DNA of 64,000 nucleotides, from the NCBI RefSeq assembly GCF_018977255.1, contig NW_024704743.1, positions 29,390,001-29,454,000 of the forward strand, in the 5' to 3' direction. The translations under genes and the position numbers were made by a program. The DNA comes from Callorhinchus milii (lineage: Eukaryota). Positions 30,386 through 43,985 of the stretch are shown here, piece after piece; the first letter of the stretch is position 1, and each line of letters opens with the position of its first letter. Under the pieces are notes generated by a model, which worked only from the letters and a program-made list of their open reading frames with translations, had not been told where the DNA came from and searched no databases.

Positions 30386-33300
30386 CATGCATTTTAATAT
30401 GTTTTTCTACAAGCAAGCTAAATAGTCCAGCAAGCAAAGGATTTGAAACATTACTAGTTAAAATAAACATAAATGGGATATACCCAATCACTAATGGGCA
30501 GTACAAGGCACTAACTGAATGCTGATTCTCCTCAGTTTTAACTAATAACAATACATTACTACAAGGCAATCCCATGACTAAGTGCCTGATTAGAGTTCGG
30601 GGTTACTTTTAACACGGGTGCCCTATGCTTCCTCGAGGTGCAGCACTGTACCGGCTTCAGGCATGGACTACCCAGATTCCAAATGGAATTTTAAAAAATA
30701 GATGACTTTTCAGTCGTCAGGTCAGCATCGAGGTCCCCTCCTGTGTGCTGCAATGCATGCAATACTAAGTTCAGTAATCGATATTAATGTCACTTACTGC
30801 ACGCCGCTGATACAGTGCCCTTCTTGTATCAGCGAGCTTCTTGTGTAGAGTATAGGAACTGCCCTTTGTGGTAACCTGACATCCCAGAAGTTAGTCAATG
30901 TCTTCAGATGACCATGCTATAGCAGGGCTGCCCTATATTCATTCGAGAGAAGCATTTAAAAATACTAACAGACTTACAACAGAAGACTACTACACATTAT
31001 TCAAGTCATTATTCATAGTCTCAGTGCAAATGAAAAACGCAGCTAAAATTTATCTTCATGTGGCAGAGATGTGAGTTCAAGTGTTTAAATATTAAAAAGT
31101 GCTTAAATAGATTTCCCAGGATCTTGTTTGAGAATTTCCACTTCAATGCACATACATCTTACTATCTGTAAAGACTAAAAGCTCACAGCACATAGTGCAT
31201 GTGTCAAAACATATGCTCCACTAATGTGGTCCATTAAACATTTAAAGAGTTCCTAATGTAACTAGTGGAGGTGAGTGGGAGCAGTGCAACGTTCTGCATA
31301 ACAATTGTTTCTATTTCTGGCCATGGAATGAATAAACAAATCCTCCAGAGTACCACAATTTGTTTAGTCATGGGTAAATCCCCCTGCTCTTCCTCTCCTG
31401 GATGCAAATAGAGGTAATGCACAAACAACATGTAACTTATGAAGTAACATTTCCTTTTGACTGGACTCCAAGCGTAAACAGAAATTACAGTGTTGCAGAG
31501 GGTTCGATGCAACCAGCTTGAGAAAATCATCTTATGTTATTGTGGAGTAGGGTGATGGAAGGGGAGGAGAGAAAATGGCCACAGCGTTCAATGTTGACAA
31601 AATGAACAGCTGTATATAATCGTCCAGATGTGTGAATGCTTTATTTATTTTTTCATTTTACAAAAATTTCCCATAAAATATTTCCTTCTCCCAATAAAAT
31701 TTTCTTTAAATACTTCTGGGGCGGGGGGGGGGGGGGGGTTCTCTCACTGTGACAGTTTATTACTATTGGATCCTGTTTATCTTATACAGATTTGTATCTA
31801 AATGACTAGATTTTGCACCTTTTTTGGGGGGGAGATAAAACATTGTCATGTGTTAGCTGCATTAAAGCTATAGGATTTTGGACTTCAACAACAGCACCAT
31901 CTAGAGGGCTTTGAAAGACTGGAGACCTGATCACATGAGGGTGAACAGAGCTAACCATTATTATTGCACCATACTGCACACCCATTGGCTGGTAACACTT
32001 GTTTTCTACTGGCCTCAGTGTGTTATTGCTGAGCACAAACAAGCGAAGGGTTCATAATTGGCTCAGTGCAGTTAGGATAGGTCTTACTCATTTGCAATCT
32101 TTGTAATTGTGTTTAGCGACAGGCGCAATACAAAGTGTGGACAATTCAGGTTCTATCTAAACAGAAATTCCAGTACCCGCCTCTTAAACAATGAACCTTA
32201 TTTTCAATTTACAATGAACATTAAAAGATCATAACATCTTGCATTGCACAATTCTGCAATGTAATAGACTTCAAACAGTCCCAATCGTTTTCTTAATTGC
32301 GCTATAAGTAATGATTCTGTGATTGATTCAGCGTGCAAACTAAAATCCAGCTTTGTTTTAAGTACCCCCTAACAGTGATGGGCATTTTTTCCTTCAACAA
32401 AGTGTTTTGAAACATGAAAAGAAACACGACGACCAAATGCCTTATCAGTCTTCAGACGCTGCTTCCTCTGGCAGAGTGTCCCTTCTGTTATCTGCTTTTA
32501 ACAGTGCAGGATTCCTATGGTGATATCTGGGAAACTTGGGAGAAGGTGACAACAAAGCGGCTATCGGCTGCCTGCTTGAGCCTACTCAGGCTTTTTTTTC
32601 TCATCCTCTTACACCCCCAGCTGAGTGCAGCTCACTGTTTCCTCCTAAACGCAGCTGTTCCCAGTGCATTTGGCTTTAATCAGGTGCAGGGCAGGAACTC
32701 TACATCCTGTTCCCTTGCTTTAATTAGGAGGAGTCAAATTGTACAAATTGTCAGAATCCTCCTCTTAATCTTCACCATTTGATGAATCATTCAGTTCAAA
32801 ACATGTTAGAAGAAAATACAACACGTATTTTGTATACTGGTTGCTCCCAAATGTAGGAACAATCACAACTTTGAGTTCAGCATGGTCTGATAAAATCAGT
32901 ATCACAGTAAAAGTAGCACAATTTATCTTCAAGATACAGAATCTATATTTTGACTGTCCACGTACAAGTCAATAAAGCTCACTAAATCTAACGCACTACC
33001 TACACCTATGCCCACAAATAGTCGCTACACTGTATAGTGGAGCCTGTGAAGCACTTCGAGACATCCTCCGACATGAAAAGAGCAAAATCAAATGCAAGAT
33101 TTATTGTTATAACAGCAGAGTGTGTAGATATTTGAATTCCTCAATAGGGTCCCTTGGGTTTTATCCCCTTGAGTTCAGCTTGACTCTAGATGCAATCCAC
33201 TCACCTGGTAGACCTATTCCAGTATCCATGCTTTTTCAAAGCAGCAGGATGAAGCCTGCAGCACCAACAATACAATACAAATTTACATGTATATATCCTA

Positions 33301-33671
33301 TCAGAAGACCATCAATTCATAAAATTGCAGCTACTGCTCATCAAATGGGCAGAATTGCTACAAAGAACTTCATCAAATCCAATACTGAAGAAATTTGAGA
33401 CATCCAATATTGGGGAAATTTGAGGCATCCGATTATTAGTGATGCCAAGATCGAAACAAAATTACAACATTTTAGATATTATTTGTCATGGTTATCTCAA
33501 TCCATTTTACATGTCTTGGATTCCATGGGTAGACATTTTCATTGCCTTCAACAATAGCTTAATGTGGTTAGATAAAGGAACATGGAACTCGATTAGAAAC
33601 ACCCCCTGCACTCACATGTTTAATTCTCTTTTTTTCTGTTTTCCATTCTCCTATAAGGAAAGAGGAAAAAT

Positions 33672-33812
33672 AAAATCCTTGCATTTCGTATAGTGTCCTT
33701 TATGAGGGAGCAGGTCACAGATCACTCCACATGATATACTGTAAAGTGTAATGGCTGTGTATTTTGTAGGCAAATATGGCAGTCACTATCCACACAGCAA
33801 TGTCCTACAAAC
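33672..33812 (-). mobile_element. SINE 3' fragment (diverged)
   Basis: atccttgcatttcgtatag...tactgtaaagtgta...cacagcaatgtcctacaaac. Confidence 0.7.
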
Positions 33813-36094
33813 ACCCATCTGTAAGGTAACAGAGACTGAAATGTGGGTTTCTCCATAACCTCCAAATTTCTACACTCCAACAACTGATACAACATGAACA
33901 CTGGGGTTCCACCCAGTCACAGGGCAGGTCTCCTCTTCCCAATATCATCCTACAACAGATCTTTCCCTGTAAGAAACTCCATATCAATAGAACAGATGAG
34001 AACTACCAGACCATGAATACGGGGGCTGTTTCCACTGCATTCGCAGAAAAGCTAGGACTTGAATTTTGCGTCCACTATTCTGTCAACTCTCCTCTAAGGG
34101 AAGTGTTGCTGTGAATTCCCAGCCTGACCCTGTATGAACAAAAGTACACTAAAACATCAACATCTTGCGCTACGATACCGACCGGAACCAAGGAGCAAGT
34201 GTATATAATGACAATGAAAACAAAACAATACAGAAGCAGGATACTGCAATACTATTCAACACTCATCACTGTGCACTAGCATTATGTTATTTAAAGGAAC
34301 GTTTATTTTGTTGCTGATGTACGTTTTAAAATTGCTGCCTGTGCATTACCTCCAGAAGTAATCTTATATACTAATAAAACGACAATGTCTGTCTGCACTT
34401 CAAGAAGGATCTCAATAACCGATTGACGTGGAGACATGATTTATATCTCATCGGAAAGGTCTTGCACCTGGGAGTTACATGGGCATTTTGGGGGTGGGTA
34501 TCTTGTATCGTTCATGAGTTCTTTTCAGTTTTGTGTTTTTCGCTACAGATACACCTGGTGGCCGATGAGTCAAAGTAGCCCTGTGGTATCGTGCGCCACA
34601 GAGCACCTACATATGTACGCACACACTGCAGTTATACCTGGTGGCCACGCTGGCTGACCGTGGCGCTGTGGCATCCTGCGTCACAGAGCACACACGTAAC
34701 CAAGCGGCGGAAACAAAATAAAGAACGCAGACAAAGCTAAGCCACAGCAACAACAACAAAATTAAATTTTCAAAGTGTTGCGTACTCCCACTGAGTCCTC
34801 CCACAGGAGTCCTCCCAGATGAAATGTCTGTGTGTCAATCTACATTCCATATTGGATCCTTTGGTTGCAAGCGAAGTTGCAATGGGTACAGCTTGTTACT
34901 AATATGTCCACTGACGTATCTTTGTGGGGTTACCAGAAACATGTGGCAAACCCTTCCTCACGCTACCAATATCACTAGGGCTGTGGATTCTGCCCTGTAG
35001 ATAAAGCAGGCATCAATATGACAAATTGTCAGAATCCTCTTTCTTAATCTTCACCATTTGCTGGATCATTTGGATCAATACAAATAGAAAATTAGGTTGA
35101 GTCAAATTCTGGCCCAGAGCTCCATGGCACTATAGAGGCTCTTCTATTTGATGTTCTGCCCTGCTCCGTAATATAAACATTGCATAAGAAGTGTTAAAGA
35201 TAAAAGATTGCACCCACTTCCAAGACTTACTCTTTGACACATCACACTTCGGTGTTAATGAGCTTTCAGCCACTCTTTTATTTGTGGCTCAAATCAATTC
35301 ACACTTTCTCTACCACACAAGCTGCAGCTGCCTATAATGGATGTGGCTTCTCACAGCAGGGAGGGTCACAGTCCCGCCACCTGGTCTGTCTCAAGGCATC
35401 CAACAGAGCATCTTTCTGACAAATCCCTGCTCTCCACTAGGCTCAATGAAGTGATAGCAGTCTCCTAAAGGAGTTTGTCGTCAACTTTTGTTTTCACAAC
35501 CAGTTAGCTAGAGCAGTCTATCGTTTATAGTTCGTGTTCTCACATAACCATGGGTGTTCACTTTCCCAGCCTAAATCTAAACATTCTTCAGCATAATAAA
35601 TGGGACACGTGACATGTTACTTTTACGAGGGTAATTATGAGCCTAATGAACTGGAGAATGAAGATTGCAATGGCTCATTCAAATGCAAAGTCATGTCAGC
35701 TTTACAATAAGGCTCAACAGGCAACTGGAGAGTGTTTACATACGGGCAAGAGTAAAAGACAGTTGGTTGCTCTAGCTGAAATCATTTCATCACATGGTTG
35801 ACAACTGGATATTGCGGTCTTGTCTTTAATTTGGGTGTCCCAAACAATAAACTCTTTTTTAAAATTCTTTTCGCAAAGTGTGCGTCTGTACAGTTAATGG
35901 TTTCAGTTCAGGTCATATTAGATCAGTGGGAAGTAATTTACAACAATGGCTTTGATAGCATAATACAGGGCATGAGAAGCAGTTTCCACAGGCACAAGAC
36001 CACAGGCACCATTACCAGACTGACCAACACTCCAGTGCTGGACAGGAGTTTGAGTTGCTAGATCACTATCACGTGCCCCGGGATCTAATGCATT

Positions 36095-36545
36095 CAGACC
36101 ATAGAAAGCTACAGCACAGAAGAAGGCCATTCAGCCTCTTTGAAAGAGCAGTACATGCAGTCCCATTTGCCTGCTTTTTCCCCATATCCTTCAGAATGAT
36201 TCCCTTTTAGATATCTATCTAGTTAACTCTTGAAAACTATGTGGATTCCACCTCAACCACTGCACTCATCAACTCTGTTTTAAAAAAAATCTTCTAATCT
36301 CCCCCCTTTGCTCCCTTGCAATTGGCAAATTAATATCATCTAGTCACTAACTGCCAACTCTTCCATCAACCTTCTCTGTTCCGATGAAAATAGACCCAGT
36401 TCTTCTAGTTTCTGGTCACAGGTCAAACATTTCATCCCTGGTATCATCCCACTGTTTTTTTTCAGCACCCTCTTTTTGGCTCTAAAATTCTTACTAAAAT
36501 GGGGTGACCAAAACTGGACACAATACTCGAACTGTGGTCTAAATA
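36095..36545 (-). mobile_element. CR1 LINE 3' fragment (diverged)
   Basis: catagaaagctacagcacagaagaaggccattcagcc 3' end; ccaaaactggacacaatactc (EYCVQFW on minus); similar to 37120-37510. Confidence 0.8.
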
Positions 36546-37119
36546 ACGAGTCTAATAATCAACTATTTTGAGTGAGATTCTTTCATTAGGAATTTGAATG
36601 GGGATTCCTTCCAGTAACCCAAAATACTGTACATTACACAAACTCATGGGAACTCCATTGTTAAAGCAGTTTGGACCAGAGGAGAGTTCCACAGATCAGC
36701 ATGATGTACTTCCAATTTCTTTATTAACTAATCCAGTTGGAAATCACCTCTTATCAGCCAATATTGTAGCCAGCATCTGTTGTTTTTTCAATGCTTCTGC
36801 CACTAACATTACATGTGGAGAATTTCACACTAATACAGGCTGACCCATACTGCTCAGTACACATCAAACTACTCGACACACTATATTGACCAAAGGGCAG
36901 TTTCACTCTTGCTAAGGCATACAAGTGATGTCGATTAGTGTGAGAGCCAGTTTCATGTTAATGGAGATGGATGCTCCTTATACTCCTTAGTGAGAGTGAA
37001 GTTGCTCCATAGGCAATATACTTTATAGAGTAATTTGACTTACACTGAGCAGCAAGGGAGAGTTGAGAATCTATTAATCTAAAACAATCTATCTGCAGTA
37101 GTATGAGGGACACTAATAT

Positions 37120-37510
37120 TAGAATCATAGAATATTACAGCACAGAAGGAGGCCATGCGGTCAATCGTGCCTGTGCTGGCTCTTTAGAAGAGCTACCCAA
37201 TCAGTCACATTCCCCCAGTCTTTTCCCATATCCTTACACATTTTTCCTTTTGAAGTACCTATCCAATTCCCTTTTGAAAGTTGTTATTGAATTTGTTTCC
37301 TCCACTTTTTCAGGCAGTGCATTCCAGACTGTAAAAAAAATTCTCCTCATCTCCCCTCTGGTTCTTTTGTCAATTATCTTAAATCTACGTCCTCTGGTTA
37401 CTGACCCACCTGCCAGTGGAAACAGGTTCTCCCTATCTACTCTATCAAAACCCCTCATAATTTTGAACACCTTGATATCCTTCCTATAGTGTGGTGCCCA
37501 GAATTGGACA
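37120..37510 (-). mobile_element. CR1 LINE 3' fragment
   Basis: Peptide VQFWAPHYRKD..FKIMRGFDRVDRENLFPLAGGSVTRG..VWNALPEKV..FKRELDRY; TTCTATGATTCT terminus. Confidence 0.92.
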
Positions 37511-37804
37511 GATGACTTTTTTAAAAAAATAACATTCACTTCAGTTCTGATTAATCTCATTTTGTGAACACCTTCGAGAAGTTCTCTTATGTTATTGGTG
37601 CAAAATAAATGTATGTTGGTGTTACACTAGTCAGAGGTTAGAAACAATGCCATTCCATATAATGCAAATTGCCCCACTTTAGCCATGGTCTTTAAGAAAA
37701 TTTGACTTGGACAGAACTTTCTTCTATGGCTACAAATACTGAGCACATGAATCAGTAATCAGACCCAAGGTACAATGGACAAACAAGTGTGTAATTGTGT
37801 GTTG

Positions 37805-38110
37805 CGGTGGAGCCCTGTTATAATGCGGTGGTTTGGATCCACAATTTCCCGATGACTATGGGTGGTAGCTAGATTCTCTGTGCATATGGGCAGTCAGCCC
37901 AACCCACTCGCTGCCTGTGTGAAAGCCGGTTCCCGCACTGTACGACAAATGGCCAGCTTCCAAGTCATCAGGATCCACGGATGTCACTTCCTGTTTGCTG
38001 TGCACGCACAAAGCAGCAAGTAGTGTTGCTGGTGACGCAATGACCTGGAAGTCAGCCATTCCCATTTTATAATGGGAAGCAAAAATTCCGATGGGCCGAA
38101 TGATCTCCTA
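37805..38110. mobile_element. Possible Tigger/pogo-like MITE remnant
   Basis: cggtggagccctgttataatgcg resembles a Tigger-type TIR; internal caatgacctggaagtcagccatt is near the reverse complement of ~58959-58981. Confidence 0.45.
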
Positions 38111-40519
38111 CTGTGCTGTAAATTTCTGTGGCAGAGTCCAAGCTCTACAACCAGAAAAACAGTCAGGCTGGTATTTCTCTGTAACATAGTGATCAGAGTG
38201 ACACAAGTACTTCTTCATATTTTTTTCCTTGATAGTTCATTTTGTACACAACAGGTAATAACGTCAAAAAGTGATGCATTTATCTGAGAGAGCCAGGTGA
38301 GTCCTGGAAAGGTTTCATTGAGTTTACTGATGGTGACACTTTGGATTAAGCAAGTAGATGAACTGGAGCATTTAAGAATAACTGATCCAGGCAAGTGCAA
38401 TACAGCAAAGTATAAAGCAGTATTCAATCTATTACCGTCATAGGCGTGGGCTATTCAGCTCCTCCAAATCCATCTAGCAGCTCACCAACATTTCTCCAGT
38501 TTGGACATAAAACGTGCACTATACACTGGCCAAGACCCAAAAATGCCTTGCATTGCTGCTTCGTTGCTTACAAAGCAGTGTGGTGTGTTAACTCTCAAAC
38601 AAGTTCTTTGGTTATTTTTGCTGAGGAAGCTCTGCTCAGGAAGAAGAGTTTTGCAAATGCATTGTGAGCACCTTCCTTGTGCAAAATATTTCTTAATAAT
38701 AATCTCTGTATTTGATATAGCGCCTTATCAAGTTGTTGAGATGTTATTTGCAAGCACAGCAGCTAATCTGTGCCAACATAAATAACAGTGAGATGAGCAG
38801 CCAATTCACTTGAAATTTAGGGGTAAATCTGGATTAGTAAGGGACTATAATTAAAGAGAAATATCAGCCTCTCGCCACTGGATCAGGAGGTTGGGAGGTC
38901 AAGCTCCAGTCAGGAATTAGAGCTCAGTCTAGGCCGACACTCCAATGCAACGCTGTAATAAAGTTGAAGCTACCAAACACCACATTTTGTACCAAACTGA
39001 AGGGATGTACAAGCAAGATTATACAAAGGATGGATTTTTACTCCTTTATTAAAAAGGAAGCATATTTCAGCAAAGGAAGGATACTCACAATAAATAAGGA
39101 AATGAGGTTACAGGATATGCTTATGCTGCTTTCTATTAATGATAAGGGCAGTTGGAACTAAACATTTAAGCACACTATCGAATATAACAAACATGCACTT
39201 GCTTTCTATACCATTTAATAGCACAATCCCCATGAATTTTCTGCCACTGAACTGGAAGATTCTAAATATGGTAATACTTTTGTTCTGCGAAGAACTGCAC
39301 TGGAATTTAGTGTTTTCGCACCTTGTTCCCAAAATGAAAACATGGTAATAAATGTTAAACAATTTGTTTGTTAAAAAAGTTCCGTAAGTCATCAAATTTG
39401 TCAGCAAACCTTGGTTACTGCTCCCCGCTAAACATCACTGAGATTAAGATGTAGAGTTTCTGCATGAACAATGTTCTGATTTAAAATGGTTAATAACTAC
39501 GCACAATTATTTTGTATTTCTGTACCAAGTTAGCACCCTGTTTTGAAATCTCCCACCTGAGACTAATTGTTTGGAGTCAATTACATTAAGTAGTGACAAG
39601 GGTGCCTATTTTACAAGGGCTTATAAATTTGTGGTAAAAAGTAAACATGAAGTTAACAAGATAATTAAATTAACAACTTTGCTAAGCTTGTCATGAATCA
39701 ATCTGGTACATATTACTGTATCCCTTGAATGGAAACATATTGGAGTAATAATTGTATTTCTTCCAAAAAAAAGTATTATTAATGACAAAAATGTAGCAGC
39801 AAAAACATTTACTGGAGTCAGGCAAAAACAGCTCATAGGCATTCAGTTGTTTATATTTTATTGTATTTTTTTAAATGTAATTCATGGCTTTTACATTCGA
39901 ATTTCAGTGCAAACTTGTACCAGTTGAAATATTGCAGGATGTACTGAGGAACATATGTTCGAGTGTATAAAAGGATCTTTGCTTTGCTGTAGTACCATAT
40001 AAAATACAACCAATAACATATGGGGTTAATGTTGTTCCCCTCTCAACAGAAGAAAATGATCAGCACTCAGTAACAAAGCATGTTATTTTTCACAATCGAT
40101 TGCACAGTTGTTTCATCTTTAACTCATTGCAAATCAATACAATGTGCTGCTGCTCCAACATGCTGGTTCCCTTTCCCCTCTCCCAACACCTTTGAAAGAC
40201 AAATAGCATCCCCTGATGTTTTAACCTCAGATCAGAACCAAATTTTGATTTACTGACGATCAGTAGAGGATTTACACACAATGTTGAATAATTGACCTTC
40301 AACTTCAAATTGACCCTTTCTCTTTTGAAGAAGTGGCTTCTTTACCCTTTTACTGGTCCTACCTCCCAAAACCTCTCTCCATTGCCCCTTCTCTGCCTCA
40401 ATGCCTGCTGAAAACCTATCTCTTTGACCAGCCTATGGTCACTTTCATCCTCTCCTCCCTTCACCCCCCACCCCCAAATTTGTGTTTGTTCATTCAGTTT
40501 ACTCATTCACTCATTTGGT

Positions 40520-40790
40520 CTCAGTCTCGCTCATCCCTCACTGTTGAGTCTGAAAGTTGTGGGTTTCAAGTCCCATGACAGGACTTTGAAATCATAGTCT
40601 AGACTATGGTCCAATGCAATACTGCAGGTATGCCTCAGGTGGACATCAAAGATCCCATGTCATTATTCGAAATGAAAGAGGAGTTTCTCACTGTATCCTT
40701 GCCACATTCCCCCAAGATAAAATTAGGCATCCACTTCATGGTTGTTTGTGTACAAATTGGCTACATTTCGAGTTGTAAAACTACGAATAC
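40520..40790 (+). mobile_element. Deu-domain SINE (diverged, deleted)
   Basis: gagtctgaaagttgtgggtttcaagtccc...caggtggacatcaaagatcccatg. Confidence 0.7.
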
Positions 40791-40889
40791 AACTATTTGT
40801 AGATAGATTTTCCTCTTTTCTGCTGGATGTTGAGATTCTTGAATGTAAGATAAAGTGTAGTCAGACCACTCTAGTCAGCTAATTTTCAA

Positions 40890-41090
40890 CAACAGCAAAT
40901 TACACTTGTATAGCAGCCTTCAATGTTGGAAAGACATCCCAGGGCACTGGATAATCAGGGGTTTTGGATCCGAGCTGGGAGTTAGGGTCAGAAGGGGAAG
41001 AGGGCAGGGGGGTGGGGGTGGGAGGGTGCCTGAAGGCACACTCGAAGAGGAAGGTCTTCAGACGGGATTTGAAGGAGGCTTTGGAGGCTT
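40890..41090 (-). mobile_element. L2 LINE 3' end
   Basis: Peptide ASFKSRLKTFLFECAF and the reverse complement of the L2 tail. Confidence 0.85.
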
Positions 41091-41123
41091 CACTGCTAAT
41101 GAAGCCCTGAAGCACATCTACTA

Positions 41124-41345
41124 CAACAACAACTTGCATTTATATAGTACCCCTCCACAGGATAGCGTCCCAGAGCTCTTGACAGTGGCGGAGTGCGACA
41201 CGGAACCGGTGGGAGGTGATCGTAAACATGGTCGAAGAAGAAGGTCTTCAGGCGCGACCTGAATATGGGGAAGGAGGGGGCAAGGCGAAGGGATTGAGGG
41301 AGAGTGTTCCAGATTTACGGGGTGTAGTGGTTGAAAACGTGGCCT
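41124..41345 (-). mobile_element. L2 LINE 3' end (second family, aaatgcaag(ttg)n tail)
   Basis: caacaacaacttgcatttatatagt...gaaggtcttcagg...gagagtgttccaga; related ends at ~25325-25385, ~56690-56750 and ~61145-61190. Confidence 0.78.
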
Positions 41346-41915
41346 GAGTTCTGATGTGGATGGGTTGCAGCCTGTTTCACTCAGTATCGGGTTTTTATAA
41401 ACCGAGCTTCAAACTACTGCACAACGAATTTTGCACAGAACAAGACAAACAATTACTTTGAAAAATAAACGTACCATTCTAAGCAGAAAACGCTAAACCA
41501 AACAATTTGAAGGTATAATTAAAACAAATCGTAAGTGATTTACGGAGAAATAAACTATTTCTTGAATTTGGACTACATTAAGCACTCACCCTTTCGGCTT
41601 ACAGGTCAAGAGGTCTGACCCTATTTAGTGGTTTACTTTTTTAGAAAACACTATGACTGCCACTGATCTCATGAGCATTTCCAGCAGCTGCTGGGATATC
41701 ACTGACGCCAGGAAGTCTTCTGTGCCTGCGGGCTATGAGCAAGAAGTGAGCCGATCTGCACCATGCACCCATGTTATCCATTGCCGCACGGTATACTGAA
41801 GCACATTAGAATAGGGCTAACTGTACCTCTCCACTTCCAATAGCAATGATAGCAGAGCCTCATCAGCAATGAATCACTGGGTTCCTTACCCCATTTGGCT
41901 TTCTTAGAGTTGCTG

Positions 41916-42345
41916 AGGTGTCAGTCTGGCTCGGGTAGCTACTCTTTCTTCTGAGATAGAATGTTTTTGGGTTCATGTCGGGATTTTTATCTCACAGTCT
42001 AGGCTGTCACTCCATAAAAAGTGCTGGGCATGTGCTGCATTGTTGGAGGTGTTGCTCTAATGAGACGTTAGATCGGGCCCTATCTGCCTGTTCAGGTGGA
42101 TGTTAAAGATCACAAGGCACTATTTGAAAAAAGGGAGTTTCTCTTGCAGTCTTGACCAACAGGCCCCCAGATAAAATTGATCATTCAATATCATGGTTGT
42201 TTGTGGGATATTTCCGTTTGTCCATTGGCTACCGTGTTTGCTTACAAAATACACAGTGACTACATTTTACAGTAAATCCTGTGAAGTGCTCTGATACATC
42301 CTCTGATGTGAAGGCAATATCAAATGCAAGGATTATATTAGTATT
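41916..42345 (+). mobile_element. Deu-domain SINE, near full length
   Basis: ggtgtcagtctggctc head; ctgcctgttcaggtggatgttaaagatc core; tail ...atatcaaatgcaaggatta. Confidence 0.85.
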
Positions 42346-43855
42346 ATTTGTGTATGGGTCAGGACAGTAAGAGTTAATGTCCATTTGGCCCTGGGGGCAC
42401 CACACAGCCAAGCCTGACACAGTCACCATTCCACAACAGCGCACACCCTTCCAGCAGCTGTCACTATACTGATCAGTACTCTACAGAGTTCTTAAATATA
42501 TATACCAGTCAATCTGGGTCAGGTGCTTTGTCCTCTTTAAGCTTGTGTAATTGTCCGAAAAACAGTTAAACTCTTACCCTGTCTGTGTGTGTGGGGGGAG
42601 TGAACACACACAGTTTAAATCAAATGCCACTTACAGTGTAAATTCTAACTCAGGTCCTCTACATGACAGTTTAATGCTCCACCACTGCAACCCAGAAGGA
42701 AACAGACTTAAAGAAGAAACTAATAAAATTTAGCATTTATTCCACCTTGTAAACAATAACACATTCAGGGCAATTCAATACATATCAAAATGGTCTATAA
42801 AATGTATAAGAAAAACTATCTGCACCTTACAAGCAATTGTCAGGCCCAGGTGAACACCAACATTAAATAATGATTAGGTGAGTTAACTTGGTAAAGAAAC
42901 ACGTCACTTAAATGTGGTTGATCTTCGCCCACAAACCCTCACTGTAGCATCATGTGCAGTGAAACATTGTGCAAGGCACAGCTGCAACCAGCAGCATGAC
43001 AGCATCTCTTATTTTCAATCAACCTTTACCACCAAAGCACCTCCATGTACAGTACAACGCAGCACACCCTGAAGCCAGGAACAGCAGGTAATCCTGATCA
43101 GAATCATTTGTAATCAATTCAGTCTGTTCATTAGGCTGCATATTCCATCAGCACCAAATATGAATAATTATCACACAGAAATATTTCATTTTCTTGTTAA
43201 AAACATGTTTTTTTTAAATACCAAAGGATAAAGTAAGGATATTTTCCCCTTAAAGAGTTACTGAAAAGTTTTAGCCAACCACACCTGTGTGCTGTGCAAT
43301 TGAAGAATGCCAGAACATCTGGATGCAGAACTGGCATAATATATTGTGCTGACAACTGCTCATAAATGGTTTGTTGGAAAATAAAGTTGAGTGAGGTGGT
43401 AAACCCACATCCACTCCTCTCTGATAAAGTGCTTTGATAAGAAAGCCACACAGTTAAAAAACGATAGTGGAGCTAAGGCCAAAAGCCTGACAGGCAGGAA
43501 TGTATTTTGCTTTAGTGTTTGCAGCTCAGTGCTTTTCTGCACAATGCCTAAACTATTGTTGTTCAGTTACACGTACCAGTATATCGTGCTTTGTATTCAC
43601 GGCTGCTACCTTTTGATTTTATTCTTTCACTTTGGTGGTCAACAATAAGGCTTAATTCCTTAAAGTAGGTACAGTATTTTCAATTAAAATCAATAAACGT
43701 CTACTAAAGTTATAATTTTTTTAATTAACATTTTCATTCTTAAACTGCAATGTTACTTTTGTTTTACAATGTACATCACAAATTGAAAGAGACACTAAAA
43801 CTCAAAGCTCAGTGATTGAGAACAATACAATCAATGATCGTTGTATGATATACAA

Positions 43856-43985
43856 GGCTCTTCGACTGCGCCTTTGGTCACCTTCCTCCCCATCCCCCTG
43901 GTTCGGCGCCGGGATCCGTTACCGTAAAGCACTCTGAGACGCTGTCCGGCGTGGAGGGCGCTATATAAATCGAAGTTGTTGTTGT
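43856..43985 (+). mobile_element. L2 LINE 3' end (CpG-rich, probably young)
   Basis: ctcttcgactgcgcctttggtcacc...gtaaagcactctgagacgc...ggcgctatataaatcgaag(ttg)n. Confidence 0.8.

Noticed and set aside
31719..31738. Poly-G run (also 11199-11210) as G-quadruplex signal
   Set aside because: Simple homopolymers, unreliable in length and with no supporting context.
33377..33437. About 2.4 copies of a 25-bp unit (atccaata.tg..gaaatttgag.c)
   Set aside because: Small local tandem duplication with no sign of function.
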